From IMG/VR virus record IMGVR_UViG_3300025131_000021, positions 53,540 through 73,539 of that record: 20,000 bases of DNA; one strand, 5' to 3'. Source of the DNA: an uncultured virus (IMG/VR IMGVR_UViG_3300025131_000021). Its lineage: Duplodnaviria; Heunggongvirae; Uroviricota; Caudoviricetes. Shown here piece after piece: positions 1-9,193 of this stretch (positions within the stretch are counted from its first letter, which is position 1; each line of letters begins with the position of its first letter). Below the pieces are notes generated by a model. That model worked only from the letters and a program-made list of their open reading frames with translations. It was not told the origin of the DNA and searched no databases. The translations under genes were made by a program, and so were the position numbers.

Positions 1-2
1 TA

Positions 3-3000
3 AAACAATATATTGTTTGGGGCGAAGTAACACAAGCAATAGATAATAATGTTACAGTAAGTTTTTCGACAAGTAAAATAACAGTTACTAAAACATCAGG
101 TACAGTATTGTTAGATAGAGAGTTAGGTTATCAACATATTAATGGTTTTAAAACCACAGGTGGTATTATAAAAGATAATGATGTAGAAGTATTTCGTACA
201 GGACATGATTTTGAAATAACACATACAGCAGATGTTGGTTGTTTATATTTTAAAATATGTACATATGAACACGTAATAGCAGTTGATAATACTACCCAAT
301 TTAATGATATTGTGTACAGTCCGTTATTAGGTATTAAACAGCCACGAGTTAGAATATCAACAATAGGTTTATTAGACTGGACAGGACGACTTACCGAGCC
401 AGGATACATGATTAAAAGTAATACTATTGAGCCTAATATTGAAACAAGTGTTAAGCAAATTAGTACTGATTACTTTGCAGTTGAACAAGGCATTGCTAAT
501 GAAGAATTATCTAAAGCATTGCGTTACAACATTGGTTATTCAGAAAAAGAATTTTTACGTAATATAAACACAGATAATGATGTAAGTTTTGAATTTTATA
601 GAGGGTATATCCAAAATAAAGGTACTAACGAAAACTTTAATCGTTTACAAAGAAACAAAAATACACTATACAATGATAGCAATAGTGTAACATCTATTAA
701 CGAAGAATGGATGATTAAAGAAGATGATTTTGGTTCTACACGTGAAAATGAAACATTAGAATTTGTTGTTCAACCTAGAGATTTTAATCAAGAACGACAA
801 TTAATAGAATTTTCTAAGTATCGAGATCCTTCAAACAAAGATCTTAAAGCAGATACTAAAATTGAAATACTTGCTAATGATGCAAGATGGGTATGGAAAC
901 CAACTGATTTAAGTACGGGTGCTGAAAATTGGTGGGATGATTATACATCTGAAATTTTTAGAGTTACAGTTTCAAAAATTGGACTTAAAAATGTATTTCA
1001 ACTTGATGGAGTAGTTCGTCCAATACTTGTTTTAAATAAAGGCAAAAAATATAGATTTGATAGTACCGATTCTTCTGTTGACAACGATGCATTGCTATTT
1101 TCAACTACACCAAATGGTACACATAATAGCGGAACCACTTATAGTACAACAGTAAAATACTTTTTAGAAGGCGTTGAAAAAAATAAAGCAGATTATCTTG
1201 CAGGACATTCAACTGCTACTTCACGATACATAGAAGTAGTGCCTACATCAGATACTGGTGATAGATTATATTATTATAGTAATAGTAATTCTGATATGGG
1301 TATGACACTAATCATAACGAATAATGAATATGGTTTTAATACAGATATATTTTATGATCGGGCCATGTATACGTGGAATATGGCTGAAGCAGAAAGACGA
1401 CAATATACCCGATGGCAAAAAACAGAAGATCCAGAGGGTGATCTTCCGTATTCAGGCTATGCATTATTAAGTGAAGCAGATCATTATGTACAAAAATTAA
1501 CTGATATACCAGATTTATATAGTAAGTTAAGTCTTACATCATATACAGAATGGTCGGCGGCAAGTAATTATAATAAAGGCGACAAAGTACGTTATAAAGG
1601 TAAACTGTGGGAAGCACAACTCGGAATGACAAGTTATGATGGTAAAAGTTGTGCAGTAAAAGGAGCAGATCAAAGCGGTGATACAATTACTGTTGATGGA
1701 TTAACACAAAAGCCATTAATAGGTACGTTATTAACATGGGTAGGTGCTGATGTTGATGAAACTGTTCCAACGCAAACACATCATGTAGAAGAAGTAGAAA
1801 ACTGGGATGCAACTGCTGGATCAGCAGACTTAGTTATATACCCACAGAAAGTAACAAAATCATCAGATAATGCTTCAATTACATTAAATGTACCAACACC
1901 AGCATTATGGATAATAGACGGAACAGGATACGAAGGATTTTATTTAGATGAACCTAACTGGTTAGCAGTCGAAGATACACTTGGTAATTCAAGAATTTGG
2001 GTTAATCAATATGATGATAAGGGCTGGAATATTTTACAGTTAATGGATTATGATAATACTACATTTACAAGCCAAACAACAACAGCAACATTAGAACCTA
2101 CAAATGCTATTATAGAAATTTGTAAAGGAGTTGTTACTGGAGATGAAGCACAAATACAAACTAAAGGCAATCATAATCTTAAAAAAGGTGATTATGTAGT
2201 AATTACCGGAGTTGCAACTGCTAATACAAATGTAAACGGCATACACAAAGTTATTGGATTTCCAACTGGAAGTAACAACGATGGCTCGTTAAGAGCAACA
2301 GACCACTTTTTAATTGACGAATATGCTTCGGAAACATCAACAATAACAGAAGGTAAGATGTTTGCATTTAAACCAACACGTTTTCAAACAACTGCACAAT
2401 TAACAGCCACCACATCAAATGCAGAATACTTTTGGAGAGATGGTGCTATTGCATATGTTGATTATGATGCTACGTATAGAGGATGGGCAGTATATCAACA
2501 TAATAGGCTACATGCATTAACTGTATTCTTAAAATATAATGCAGATAATTATCAAGAGGCAGTTAATAAATGTTACGGGTGGGGACCATTATCTGATTCC
2601 ACACTAGGACAACCTGTTATTAGATATCAACAGTCAAAAATTGATGAAAGAAATATTGATAGAGTTATTTTATATAATGGTGACACAAATAAAAAACTTG
2701 CTGAATGCGAATTGTATGACCCATTTAAAGGTATTATACCAGGCGAAGCAGATAAAAATATAGATTATAAGAGCCTATGGGATCCTGCAAATTATAGTAA
2801 TTCAACAGATACAACGTATACAGGTGATGATACAACTCACTGGGCAACTGAAAAAGAAGGTTTAATTTGGTGGGACCTTAATAATGTAGGTTATATTGAA
2901 TATGAACAATCTACTTTAACTTATAGAAATAATTATTGGGGCAAAGAATTTCCGGCTTCAAGCATTGATGTGTACGAATGGACAAAAAGTTCTATAGATC

Positions 3001-6000
3001 CAGAAGCATGGTCGACTACCGCCGAAGGTACAGTTAAAGATGATATAGAAGTAAGCGGAACACCATATTCTATAACAGTTGAAAATAACACACATTATTA
3101 TTATACAGTAGAAGACGAAATAGATGCAAATGGTGATTTAAAAACTTATTATTACTTCTGGGTAAAAAATAAAACATATGCAATAAATGCTAATAAATCA
3201 TTAAGCACATTTGATATTGCTCGATACATAAAAGATCCAACTAATATGGGAGTTAAGTGGTGTGCCCCTATTGCTCCTAATGCATTAACAATAGCAAACG
3301 TTGAAGATTTAATTGAGACTAATACAGTCGTACAAGTTAGATTTAATATTAGTGAAAAATCTACACATGATGAATGGCAGACTATATACGAAAATGATAG
3401 CAGTGAAAAATTACCAGAAAAATATAAAGCAAGATTACTAGATAACTTAATAGGATTTTCTTCAGATTATTCAACACATTTAATTTGGACTTTACGAACA
3501 GATTATAGTGCATTATACAAGTATAATAGTGGTGATGTTGTAATGGCTAATAATCAATACTGGGAAGTATTGATTGATCATATGGGCGGTAACATTAGTA
3601 CTGCATTATCTGCAAATAAAGTAAAATTATTACAAGAAGCAGATTCTAACGGCACATTCAATAAAGGTGATACAGTTTTATATAGTGCTAATTATTATGA
3701 GTGTTTTAAAACTCATAATTTAGGTGAAGATCCGGGCTTACCAGGATCAGGAATAACAGGATCAGAACTACCGGAAGGTGTTTGGTATCCATGGACAACC
3801 ATAAATGCTAGTACAAATTTTGCAAGTTATGTTGCTCCGGCAACTACTTCGTTTGCGTTTCAACCTTGGAAAATTGTATATGATTTAGAAGATACCGACG
3901 TTGAAGTAATTACTGCATCCGCTAATACAAATTACAAAAAACGTAATAAACGATTAGAATTACCTGACACCGCTTTACATCCGTATGCTAGATATGGAAA
4001 TGAAATACGGCCTAGACAAAGTTGGTTTAAAAATAGAGCCGCCGCTAAAAGAGAATTTATTGACGGTGCTAATGTAATATTAAAAGAAATTAACATAGTT
4101 GATAATGTTGGTTATTGGAGAACAACTGGTACTATTGTTTTGGATATGCAAAAGACAACATATACAAAAGGACTACATACATATAACCCAACAACATATT
4201 GGCAGTATATTGATTGGCAGGATTCTTCTGTAACAGTCGAATCAAGCTCGGAAATTGTTGCTGACGAAGCAACATTTGCAGAATTAGATGCTACAACATA
4301 TACAATAAACAGTATAATTGAAATTAGTGATGACGGGTCCGGCAGGAGAGAATGGTTCCAGGTACAAAAAATTGGTGATACACAGAAGTTTGTATTAGTT
4401 AAAAAAGAAAATGCAACAATAGAAATATTAGATACATTATGGCAAACATCTAGTACAGGATACGACAGCGATATATTTGATTTTTATGGATTTGATAATG
4501 ATGCTGAAGTAGAATTTGAAATTATTGCAAATGACTTATTACTAAAAATATTTTCAAAGGCATACGAATCTCGATTCAATACTATGTTTTTTAATATGTT
4601 GCGTTATGTATTACAAGAACAAAATTTTGTTCCTTGGATGCAAAAAACTAGTGAAAATAAATTTAGGCTTGTAAGTAAAGGCGACATACAACCTGGTAGT
4701 TATAATGTTGAAAATACACAAAATACAATAGATTATTATAATGAAACAAAGCCTTATCACTCTAAGTTAGATAAAGAGTTATTTTCTAAACATATGTTTG
4801 ATATGCAAAATATAACACTATCTGAGATAGATGGTAGAGCTGGAACATATGGAAATGCATTAACACATGTTGCAAATATACAAATTATGCATGGTGAAGT
4901 TGATTCATACGTATATGAATATACTATGGTAGAAGATTTACATCCAAGTCGTCCGGGTAGAGATTTAGATTATGTTAAAATTCCTTGGAATGATTTTACA
5001 TCAACTATGGGCGGTACAACAATATCGTGGAATCCAGGAAGTGCAATTATTGCAGTATATGTAAATGGCACACTACGTGATGCATCAACATACGAAGATA
5101 TGTATATGGTTGATGGTCGTGTTGTAAACTTTAATTCTAAATTAACTGCTGGTGATAAAGTTAATATTTTATTTAATATAACCAAAAAATATTCAGAAGG
5201 TAATTTACACCCCGAAGGTGTAGATATATCTACTAATAGTATTGGCGGTGATTACATAGGATATGCAAATGCCTCATTTACAGAAGCAGAACCAGCCACA
5301 ATATTCGATGGAGATGCATTTACTACACTAACCGATCCTACTGATATTATAGATGCTAGTGGATTTTATACTGCAACAGCATGGAATAATTGGAATAACG
5401 AAATGATACCAAGTTTCTTACGTGAAACAGTAGAAATAAGAGTACAAAGTAATCATTCAGGTAGTACTGTTATAACAGGATCAACATGGAGTGCTACACG
5501 ATCTTGGAAAAATATAATACAGGATAGAGAAAATCATCAAAGATTTATGATTATAGAAGATAAAGGTATTACATTAAGTGGTAATATAACTGCTGATGCA
5601 ACAGAATTAATAGTAAGTTCGACAACAGGCATTGTAGGCCCAACAATTGACGAGCAGGGTGGTGTTGATAATGTATTTTATTTAGATTACTTTCCTGGAA
5701 GAATATGGATTGACAATGAATGTATAGAATTTGATAAAATGATTGGATCAACGTTTTATAATTTAAGGCGCGGAATGCTAGGCACAAGTGCAGTAGCTCA
5801 TACATCCGGTGCCAAAGTAAAAGATGCAAATAAATTAAAAGAAATAAATGTAAATAGATGGGAAAGTACAAATCCATTAATATCTGCTCCTAACCAACGT
5901 AACTTAGGATTTCCACGTATACCACAATGGAATGATTTAGGAGCAAGAATAAACAATAGTACGAATGATTTAGCAATAAAGCTCAAGGGCTATCATGGTA

Positions 6001-6011
6001 CGATAACTTGA
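3..6011 (+). CDS. Giant phage structural protein, probable baseplate wedge-type subunit (5'-truncated)
   Basis: The frame is open from base 3 (KQYIVWGEVTQAID...) into the TTG at 108, so the real start lies upstream of the window. The protein is T/D/N/G-rich and beta-strand-like, with W/Y-x-GD-x-V modules, a cupredoxin-like segment, a YYNETKPYHSK motif and a C-terminal IWIDNECIEF...LRRGMLGT.AVAHTSGAKV motif of the kind seen in large-phage virion proteins. It precedes tail-type genes. Confidence 0.75.
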   Translation, partial: KQYIVWGEVTQAIDNNVTVSFSTSKITVTKTSGTVLLDRELGYQHINGFKTTGGIIKDNDVEVFRTGHDFEITHTADVGCLYFKICTYEHVIAVDNTTQFNDIVYSPLLGIKQPRVRISTIGLLDWTGRLTEPGYMIKSNTIEPNIETSVKQISTDYFAVEQGIANEELSKALRYNIGYSEKEFLRNINTDNDVSFEFYRGYIQNKGTNENFNRLQRNKNTLYNDSNSVTSINEEWMIKEDDFGSTRENETLEFVVQPRDFNQERQLIEFSKYRDPSNKDLKADTKIEILANDARWVWKPTDLSTGAENWWDDYTSEIFRVTVSKIGLKNVFQLDGVVRPILVLNKGKKYRFDSTDSSVDNDALLFSTTPNGTHNSGTTYSTTVKYFLEGVEKNKADYLAGHSTATSRYIEVVPTSDTGDRLYYYSNSNSDMGMTLIITNNEYGFNTDIFYDRAMYTWNMAEAERRQYTRWQKTEDPEGDLPYSGYALLSEADHYVQKLTDIPDLYSKLSLTSYTEWSAASNYNKGDKVRYKGKLWEAQLGMTSYDGKSCAVKGADQSGDTITVDGLTQKPLIGTLLTWVGADVDETVPTQTHHVEEVENWDATAGSADLVIYPQKVTKSSDNASITLNVPTPALWIIDGTGYEGFYLDEPNWLAVEDTLGNSRIWVNQYDDKGWNILQLMDYDNTTFTSQTTTATLEPTNAIIEICKGVVTGDEAQIQTKGNHNLKKGDYVVITGVATANTNVNGIHKVIGFPTGSNNDGSLRATDHFLIDEYASETSTITEGKMFAFKPTRFQTTAQLTATTSNAEYFWRDGAIAYVDYDATYRGWAVYQHNRLHALTVFLKYNADNYQEAVNKCYGWGPLSDSTLGQPVIRYQQSKIDERNIDRVILYNGDTNKKLAECELYDPFKGIIPGEADKNIDYKSLWDPANYSNSTDTTYTGDDTTHWATEKEGLIWWDLNNVGYIEYEQSTLTYRNNYWGKEFPASSIDVYEWTKSSIDPEAWSTTAEGTVKDDIEVSGTPYSITVENNTHYYYTVEDEIDANGDLKTYYYFWVKNKTYAINANKSLSTFDIARYIKDPTNMGVKWCAPIAPNALTIANVEDLIETNTVVQVRFNISEKSTHDEWQTIYENDSSEKLPEKYKARLLDNLIGFSSDYSTHLIWTLRTDYSALYKYNSGDVVMANNQYWEVLIDHMGGNISTALSANKVKLLQEADSNGTFNKGDTVLYSANYYECFKTHNLGEDPGLPGSGITGSELPEGVWYPWTTINASTNFASYVAPATTSFAFQPWKIVYDLEDTDVEVITASANTNYKKRNKRLELPDTALHPYARYGNEIRPRQSWFKNRAAAKREFIDGANVILKEINIVDNVGYWRTTGTIVLDMQKTTYTKGLHTYNPTTYWQYIDWQDSSVTVESSSEIVADEATFAELDATTYTINSIIEISDDGSGRREWFQVQKIGDTQKFVLVKKENATIEILDTLWQTSSTGYDSDIFDFYGFDNDAEVEFEIIANDLLLKIFSKAYESRFNTMFFNMLRYVLQEQNFVPWMQKTSENKFRLVSKGDIQPGSYNVENTQNTIDYYNETKPYHSKLDKELFSKHMFDMQNITLSEIDGRAGTYGNALTHVANIQIMHGEVDSYVYEYTMVEDLHPSRPGRDLDYVKIPWNDFTSTMGGTTISWNPGSAIIAVYVNGTLRDASTYEDMYMVDGRVVNFNSKLTAGDKVNILFNITKKYSEGNLHPEGVDISTNSIGGDYIGYANASFTEAEPATIFDGDAFTTLTDPTDIIDASGFYTATAWNNWNNEMIPSFLRETVEIRVQSNHSGSTVITGSTWSATRSWKNIIQDRENHQRFMIIEDKGITLSGNITADATELIVSSTTGIVGPTIDEQGGVDNVFYLDYFPGRIWIDNECIEFDKMIGSTFYNLRRGMLGTSAVAHTSGAKVKDANKLKEINVNRWESTNPLISAPNQRNLGFPRIPQWNDLGARINNSTNDLAIKLKGYHGTIT

Positions 6012-6013
6012 TG

Positions 6014-6020
6014 CTAAATA
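6014..6020 (+). promoter_or_regulatory. Possible late-promoter-like element (CTAAATA)
   Basis: Lies in the only sizeable intergenic gap (6012-6039), upstream of an AAGGA ribosome-binding site and a structural gene. Resembles the TAAATA core of T4-type late promoters, but the motif is short and the DNA is AT-rich. Confidence 0.35.
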
Positions 6021-6028
6021 TTAATAAC

Positions 6029-6033
6029 AAGGA
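6029..6033 (+). promoter_or_regulatory. Shine-Dalgarno site (AAGGA)
   Basis: AAGGA 6 nt before the ATG at 6040; the same motif precedes the starts at 7757 and 8840. Confidence 0.7.
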
Positions 6034-6039
6034 CGAATA

Positions 6040-6666
6040 ATGTTTTTAGATACAGTAACTCCGCTAGTAGAAGGACACATACTCATAAAGGATCTCGACT
6101 CTGGTCGTGTTCTCGTTAATAAACGAAATAAAATTAATTTCGAGAATATGAGTATTACCTTAGCAAATGCGGCCGCAAATAAAGGGCAATCTATTTGGGA
6201 AATGCACTTTGGAAATGGTGGAACCAACGTTGATTCTGCAGGAGCAATAACATATAAATCTACAAATACTGATACTGCATCGGGTAGTTTGTATAATGGA
6301 AAGTTTTATAAAGTTATAGATGCAACAGACAGTAATAACACTGATTCAAGTGCGAATTATTTAACAGTAAATCACACTAACGGCCAAAATTATACAGATA
6401 TTGTTGCTACATGCACAATGGCTTATGGAGAACCGGTAGCATCCGATACAACATTTAATTTAGCAGGAGTTGATCAAGGAACATTAGATAATAATGCAAG
6501 TGTTAGTGGTACATTTGTATTTGATGAACTGGGTTTAAGGGCAAGACATACAGGCGGTACATTAGGTGCAGGAAATTTACTTAGTCATGTTGTGTTTCAT
6601 CCAGTTGAAAAGTCATCAAATAGAATTATACAAACAATTTATACAATAAGAATAAGGTGCGGTTGA
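6040..6666 (+). CDS. Putative phage baseplate/tail structural protein
   Basis: 208 aa with an RBS. The N-terminal VEGHILIKD...KRNKI, the MHFGNGG and the C-terminal FDELGL...LLSHVVFHPVEKS..RIIQTIYTIRI motifs resemble small tail-collar/baseplate-associated proteins. Sits between structural genes. Confidence 0.65.
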   Translation: MFLDTVTPLVEGHILIKDLDSGRVLVNKRNKINFENMSITLANAAANKGQSIWEMHFGNGGTNVDSAGAITYKSTNTDTASGSLYNGKFYKVIDATDSNNTDSSANYLTVNHTNGQNYTDIVATCTMAYGEPVASDTTFNLAGVDQGTLDNNASVSGTFVFDELGLRARHTGGTLGAGNLLSHVVFHPVEKSSNRIIQTIYTIRIRCG

Positions 6667-6667
6667 T

Positions 6668-7744
6668 ATGGCATACACAATAACAGGAGCAGATGGTTCA
6701 GTAGTTGCAACTATCTCTGATGGTACAACAGATACGACGTCTACGCCATTAACTCTTGTAGGAAAAAATAGTACAAACTATGGGTTACATCTTAATACGA
6801 ACATGGTTTCGTTATTAAATAACTTCTCAAGTTCAACAAATCCTACAAATGCAATAATTGGCCAAATGTGGTTTGATAGTGGTAATAATCGATTAAAATA
6901 CCTAGATACTGGTCGCAATTGGAGAATTACACCAAACTTAGTTGTTTCGGGCACACAACCAACTAACCAGCAACAAGGTGATTTTTGGCTCGATTCAACA
7001 GATAATGTTCTTAAAGTATATTCAGGATCGACATATAGTTCAATGGGATTAGGATCAAGTAGTGCTGGTTCTGTTGTTGCTAAAACAATAAATGATAGCA
7101 CGGGTTCAGCAAAAGCAATTATGGAATTTATTGCTAGTAATAAAACTATGTTTATAATGACCTCCGAGAATCAGTTTACTCCATCATCTACTGCTACACA
7201 AGCCGACGGCACTTTGTATACTGCAAATTTTCCAATAATTAAACCAGGAATAAATTTACGGCAAGATACAACAATGAATCCAAGGTATTGGGGAATAGCA
7301 AGTAGTTCTGAATATGCTGATTTGGCAGAAAGATATGAAGCCGATGCCAATTACGAGCCTGGTACTGTAATGATGCTAGGAGGTACAAAAGAAGTTACGC
7401 AAACTACTGCCAAAGGCCAGCTAAATGTTATAGGAGTTGTGTCAACTGCACCAGCATACTTAATGAATTCAGAAGCAGGAACAGATGCGACGCATCCTCA
7501 AATAGCAATGATGGGAAGAATTCCATGCAAAGTAGTAGGAAAAATTAACAAATTTGACGTAATGGTAACCAGTAATACACCAGGAGTTGCAACATCAATA
7601 AGTGGACTAATGACCCGTGAAGCATATACTAAGTATAGTAGTCAAATTGATTCAGAATTTAAAATTGGTTTTGCTAAAGCATTAGAAAGTTATGATAGTA
7701 CCAGCGTTGGATCAATTGAAGTAATGATTATGCGATCGTTTTAA
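6668..7744 (+). CDS. Putative tail fibre-like protein with C-terminal intramolecular chaperone/autoproteolysis-like domain
   Basis: S/T/G-rich. N-terminal LTLVGKN..NYG...N..SLLNNFS anchor-like motif, two P....G..W.D...N.LK.Y repeats (GQMWFDSGNNRLKY, GDFWLDSTDNVLKVY), then YADLAERYEAD..YEPGTV...GVVSTAPAYLMN...GRIPCKV, which resembles peptidase G2/IMC-type C-terminal domains. Confidence 0.7.
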   Translation: MAYTITGADGSVVATISDGTTDTTSTPLTLVGKNSTNYGLHLNTNMVSLLNNFSSSTNPTNAIIGQMWFDSGNNRLKYLDTGRNWRITPNLVVSGTQPTNQQQGDFWLDSTDNVLKVYSGSTYSSMGLGSSSAGSVVAKTINDSTGSAKAIMEFIASNKTMFIMTSENQFTPSSTATQADGTLYTANFPIIKPGINLRQDTTMNPRYWGIASSSEYADLAERYEADANYEPGTVMMLGGTKEVTQTTAKGQLNVIGVVSTAPAYLMNSEAGTDATHPQIAMMGRIPCKVVGKINKFDVMVTSNTPGVATSISGLMTREAYTKYSSQIDSEFKIGFAKALESYDSTSVGSIEVMIMRSF

Positions 7745-7749
7745 AAGGA
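7745..7749 (+). promoter_or_regulatory. Shine-Dalgarno site (AAGGA)
   Basis: AAGGA 7 nt upstream of the GTG at 7757, supporting the GTG start. Confidence 0.7.
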
Positions 7750-7756
7750 AAATTTC

Positions 7757-8830
7757 GTGGCACACTATGATGTTATCGCTGGAACAGATACCGTTTCACA
7801 AGCACAATTTACTGAAATTTATAACAGTATAAACAAAGTATTTGGAGATCTCTATCCAGGTGCTGTGTCAACATTACTCGGTGCTAATTGTGTTAATTAC
7901 AAATTCGGTTGGGGAAACAGAAACTCAAAACAACATTCCGCGAAAATAACACATTTAGATTGGAATCAATTAATTGCTCGCTTAAATATAATTTTGGAAC
8001 ATACTGGTTATACCTTGACAGCAGGCGGAAATTCTGTTACACTTGTAACACGTGGCGAAACAATTAAAGCCACACACTATAATGCTATTGCTGATGGCAT
8101 TAATGAGCTTTTAACAAAGACTGTAACCATTAATGCAGGTAAGGTTTATACAAGAAATTACTATAATTATGTTTCGGCTTCACAAGCAGAACTATTAAAT
8201 TTTACAACTATAACTAGAGAAGATGCATGGACAAATGCAATAGTATCTGAAATAAAACTTAGTTTTAGTGATTTTGATGATGTACGTTATTGGCATAATA
8301 GCGGAGCCGATGTAAGGATTACACCAACAACAGCAGGCTCAACCACAACGGCCGGAACAACATGGGCTGGTATTGTATCAAAAATAGGCACTTATTATTG
8401 GACCATCGACGGAGCCAATTATACCGGAACAGGTGGAACAATATATGGTCTTAATTTTTGCAACTTAACAACTGATTATAAACTATCATTTGTTAGTGGA
8501 GCATCATCGGGTTATAGCGGATATTCAGGATATTCCGGGTATAGTGGATATAGCGGATATTCAGGATACAGTGGATATAGCGGTAGCGGATATTCAGGAT
8601 ACAGTGGTTACTCTGCTGATAGGGTAAAAATATATGTCAAATTAATAGATAACGAATTATATTTTAAAGTACAATATATAAGTTCCATGGGAGCTCCGAT
8701 AGACGGAACCCAATCAATACAATGGCAATGTCGTGCAGGAGCAGACATAGCAAGCCGTGGTATTAAACATCATACAACAAAGCCAAGTTATAGTATTATA
8801 AATACCATGACAAGTTCCGACGATTCGTAA
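7757..8830 (+). CDS. Putative virion structural protein containing an (SGY)n low-complexity tract
   Basis: 357 aa, GTG start with RBS. ITHLDWNQL and IKATHYNAI motifs resemble short fibre repeats; T/G/S-rich; located in the tail module. Confidence 0.6.
   Translation: MAHYDVIAGTDTVSQAQFTEIYNSINKVFGDLYPGAVSTLLGANCVNYKFGWGNRNSKQHSAKITHLDWNQLIARLNIILEHTGYTLTAGGNSVTLVTRGETIKATHYNAIADGINELLTKTVTINAGKVYTRNYYNYVSASQAELLNFTTITREDAWTNAIVSEIKLSFSDFDDVRYWHNSGADVRITPTTAGSTTTAGTTWAGIVSKIGTYYWTIDGANYTGTGGTIYGLNFCNLTTDYKLSFVSGASSGYSGYSGYSGYSGYSGYSGYSGYSGSGYSGYSGYSADRVKIYVKLIDNELYFKVQYISSMGAPIDGTQSIQWQCRAGADIASRGIKHHTTKPSYSIINTMTSSDDS
8507..8614 (+). repeat. Coding tandem repeat: (SGY)8-SG-(SGY)3-S, 9-bp period
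   Basis: Read directly: tcg ggt tat agc gga tat tca gga tat tcc ggg tat agt gga tat ... All six Ser codons are used. The 23-mer agcggatattcaggatacagtgg occurs at both 8552 and 8585. Confidence 0.95.
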
Positions 8831-8839
8831 AAAGGAAAT

Positions 8840-9193
8840 ATGGATGAAAGATTACAAAAAGCATTAGACTTCACAAACTACAGATTAGTGCTAGAAAATC
8901 AAAAAAATAACCTTAAACTTGCTTCAGATCAAAATCTCCATGTCATACATTCAGGACAAAAAATTAAAATAACGCACTCACTTATTAGTTTTCTTGGTAC
9001 ATTAAAACAAGAAAAACAAAAGGAAACTACACTTATTGATGCCTATGATAATCCTGTAAAAATTGACAATATAGATGAGTTATTAAAATCATGTATTGAA
9101 AAATATAACTCAACAATGAATGACTGGAATATACAATTTAGTAAGATTAAAAAAGCAAGAAATATGGAAAAATTATTAGATGCCTCAAAATAA
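8840..9193 (+). CDS. Hypothetical protein (small, largely helical; possible assembly chaperone)
   Basis: 117 aa with AAGGA just upstream; begins MDERLQKALDF; overlaps the next gene by 14 nt. Function not recognised. Confidence 0.6.
   Translation: MDERLQKALDFTNYRLVLENQKNNLKLASDQNLHVIHSGQKIKITHSLISFLGTLKQEKQKETTLIDAYDNPVKIDNIDELLKSCIEKYNSTMNDWNIQFSKIKKARNMEKLLDASK

Noticed and set aside
108..110. TTG at 108 as the start of the giant protein
   Set aside because: The frame is open back to base 3 with no stop, so the gene most likely begins upstream of the window.
8507..8614. SGY tract as a collagen triple helix or simple DNA microsatellite
   Set aside because: Gly recurs every third residue, but the tract is short, Pro-free and Tyr-rich, and synonymous codon variation argues against pure DNA slippage.
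6668..8830. Diversity-generating retroelement targeting the fibre genes
   Set aside because: No reverse transcriptase and no template/variable repeat pair were seen in the window.
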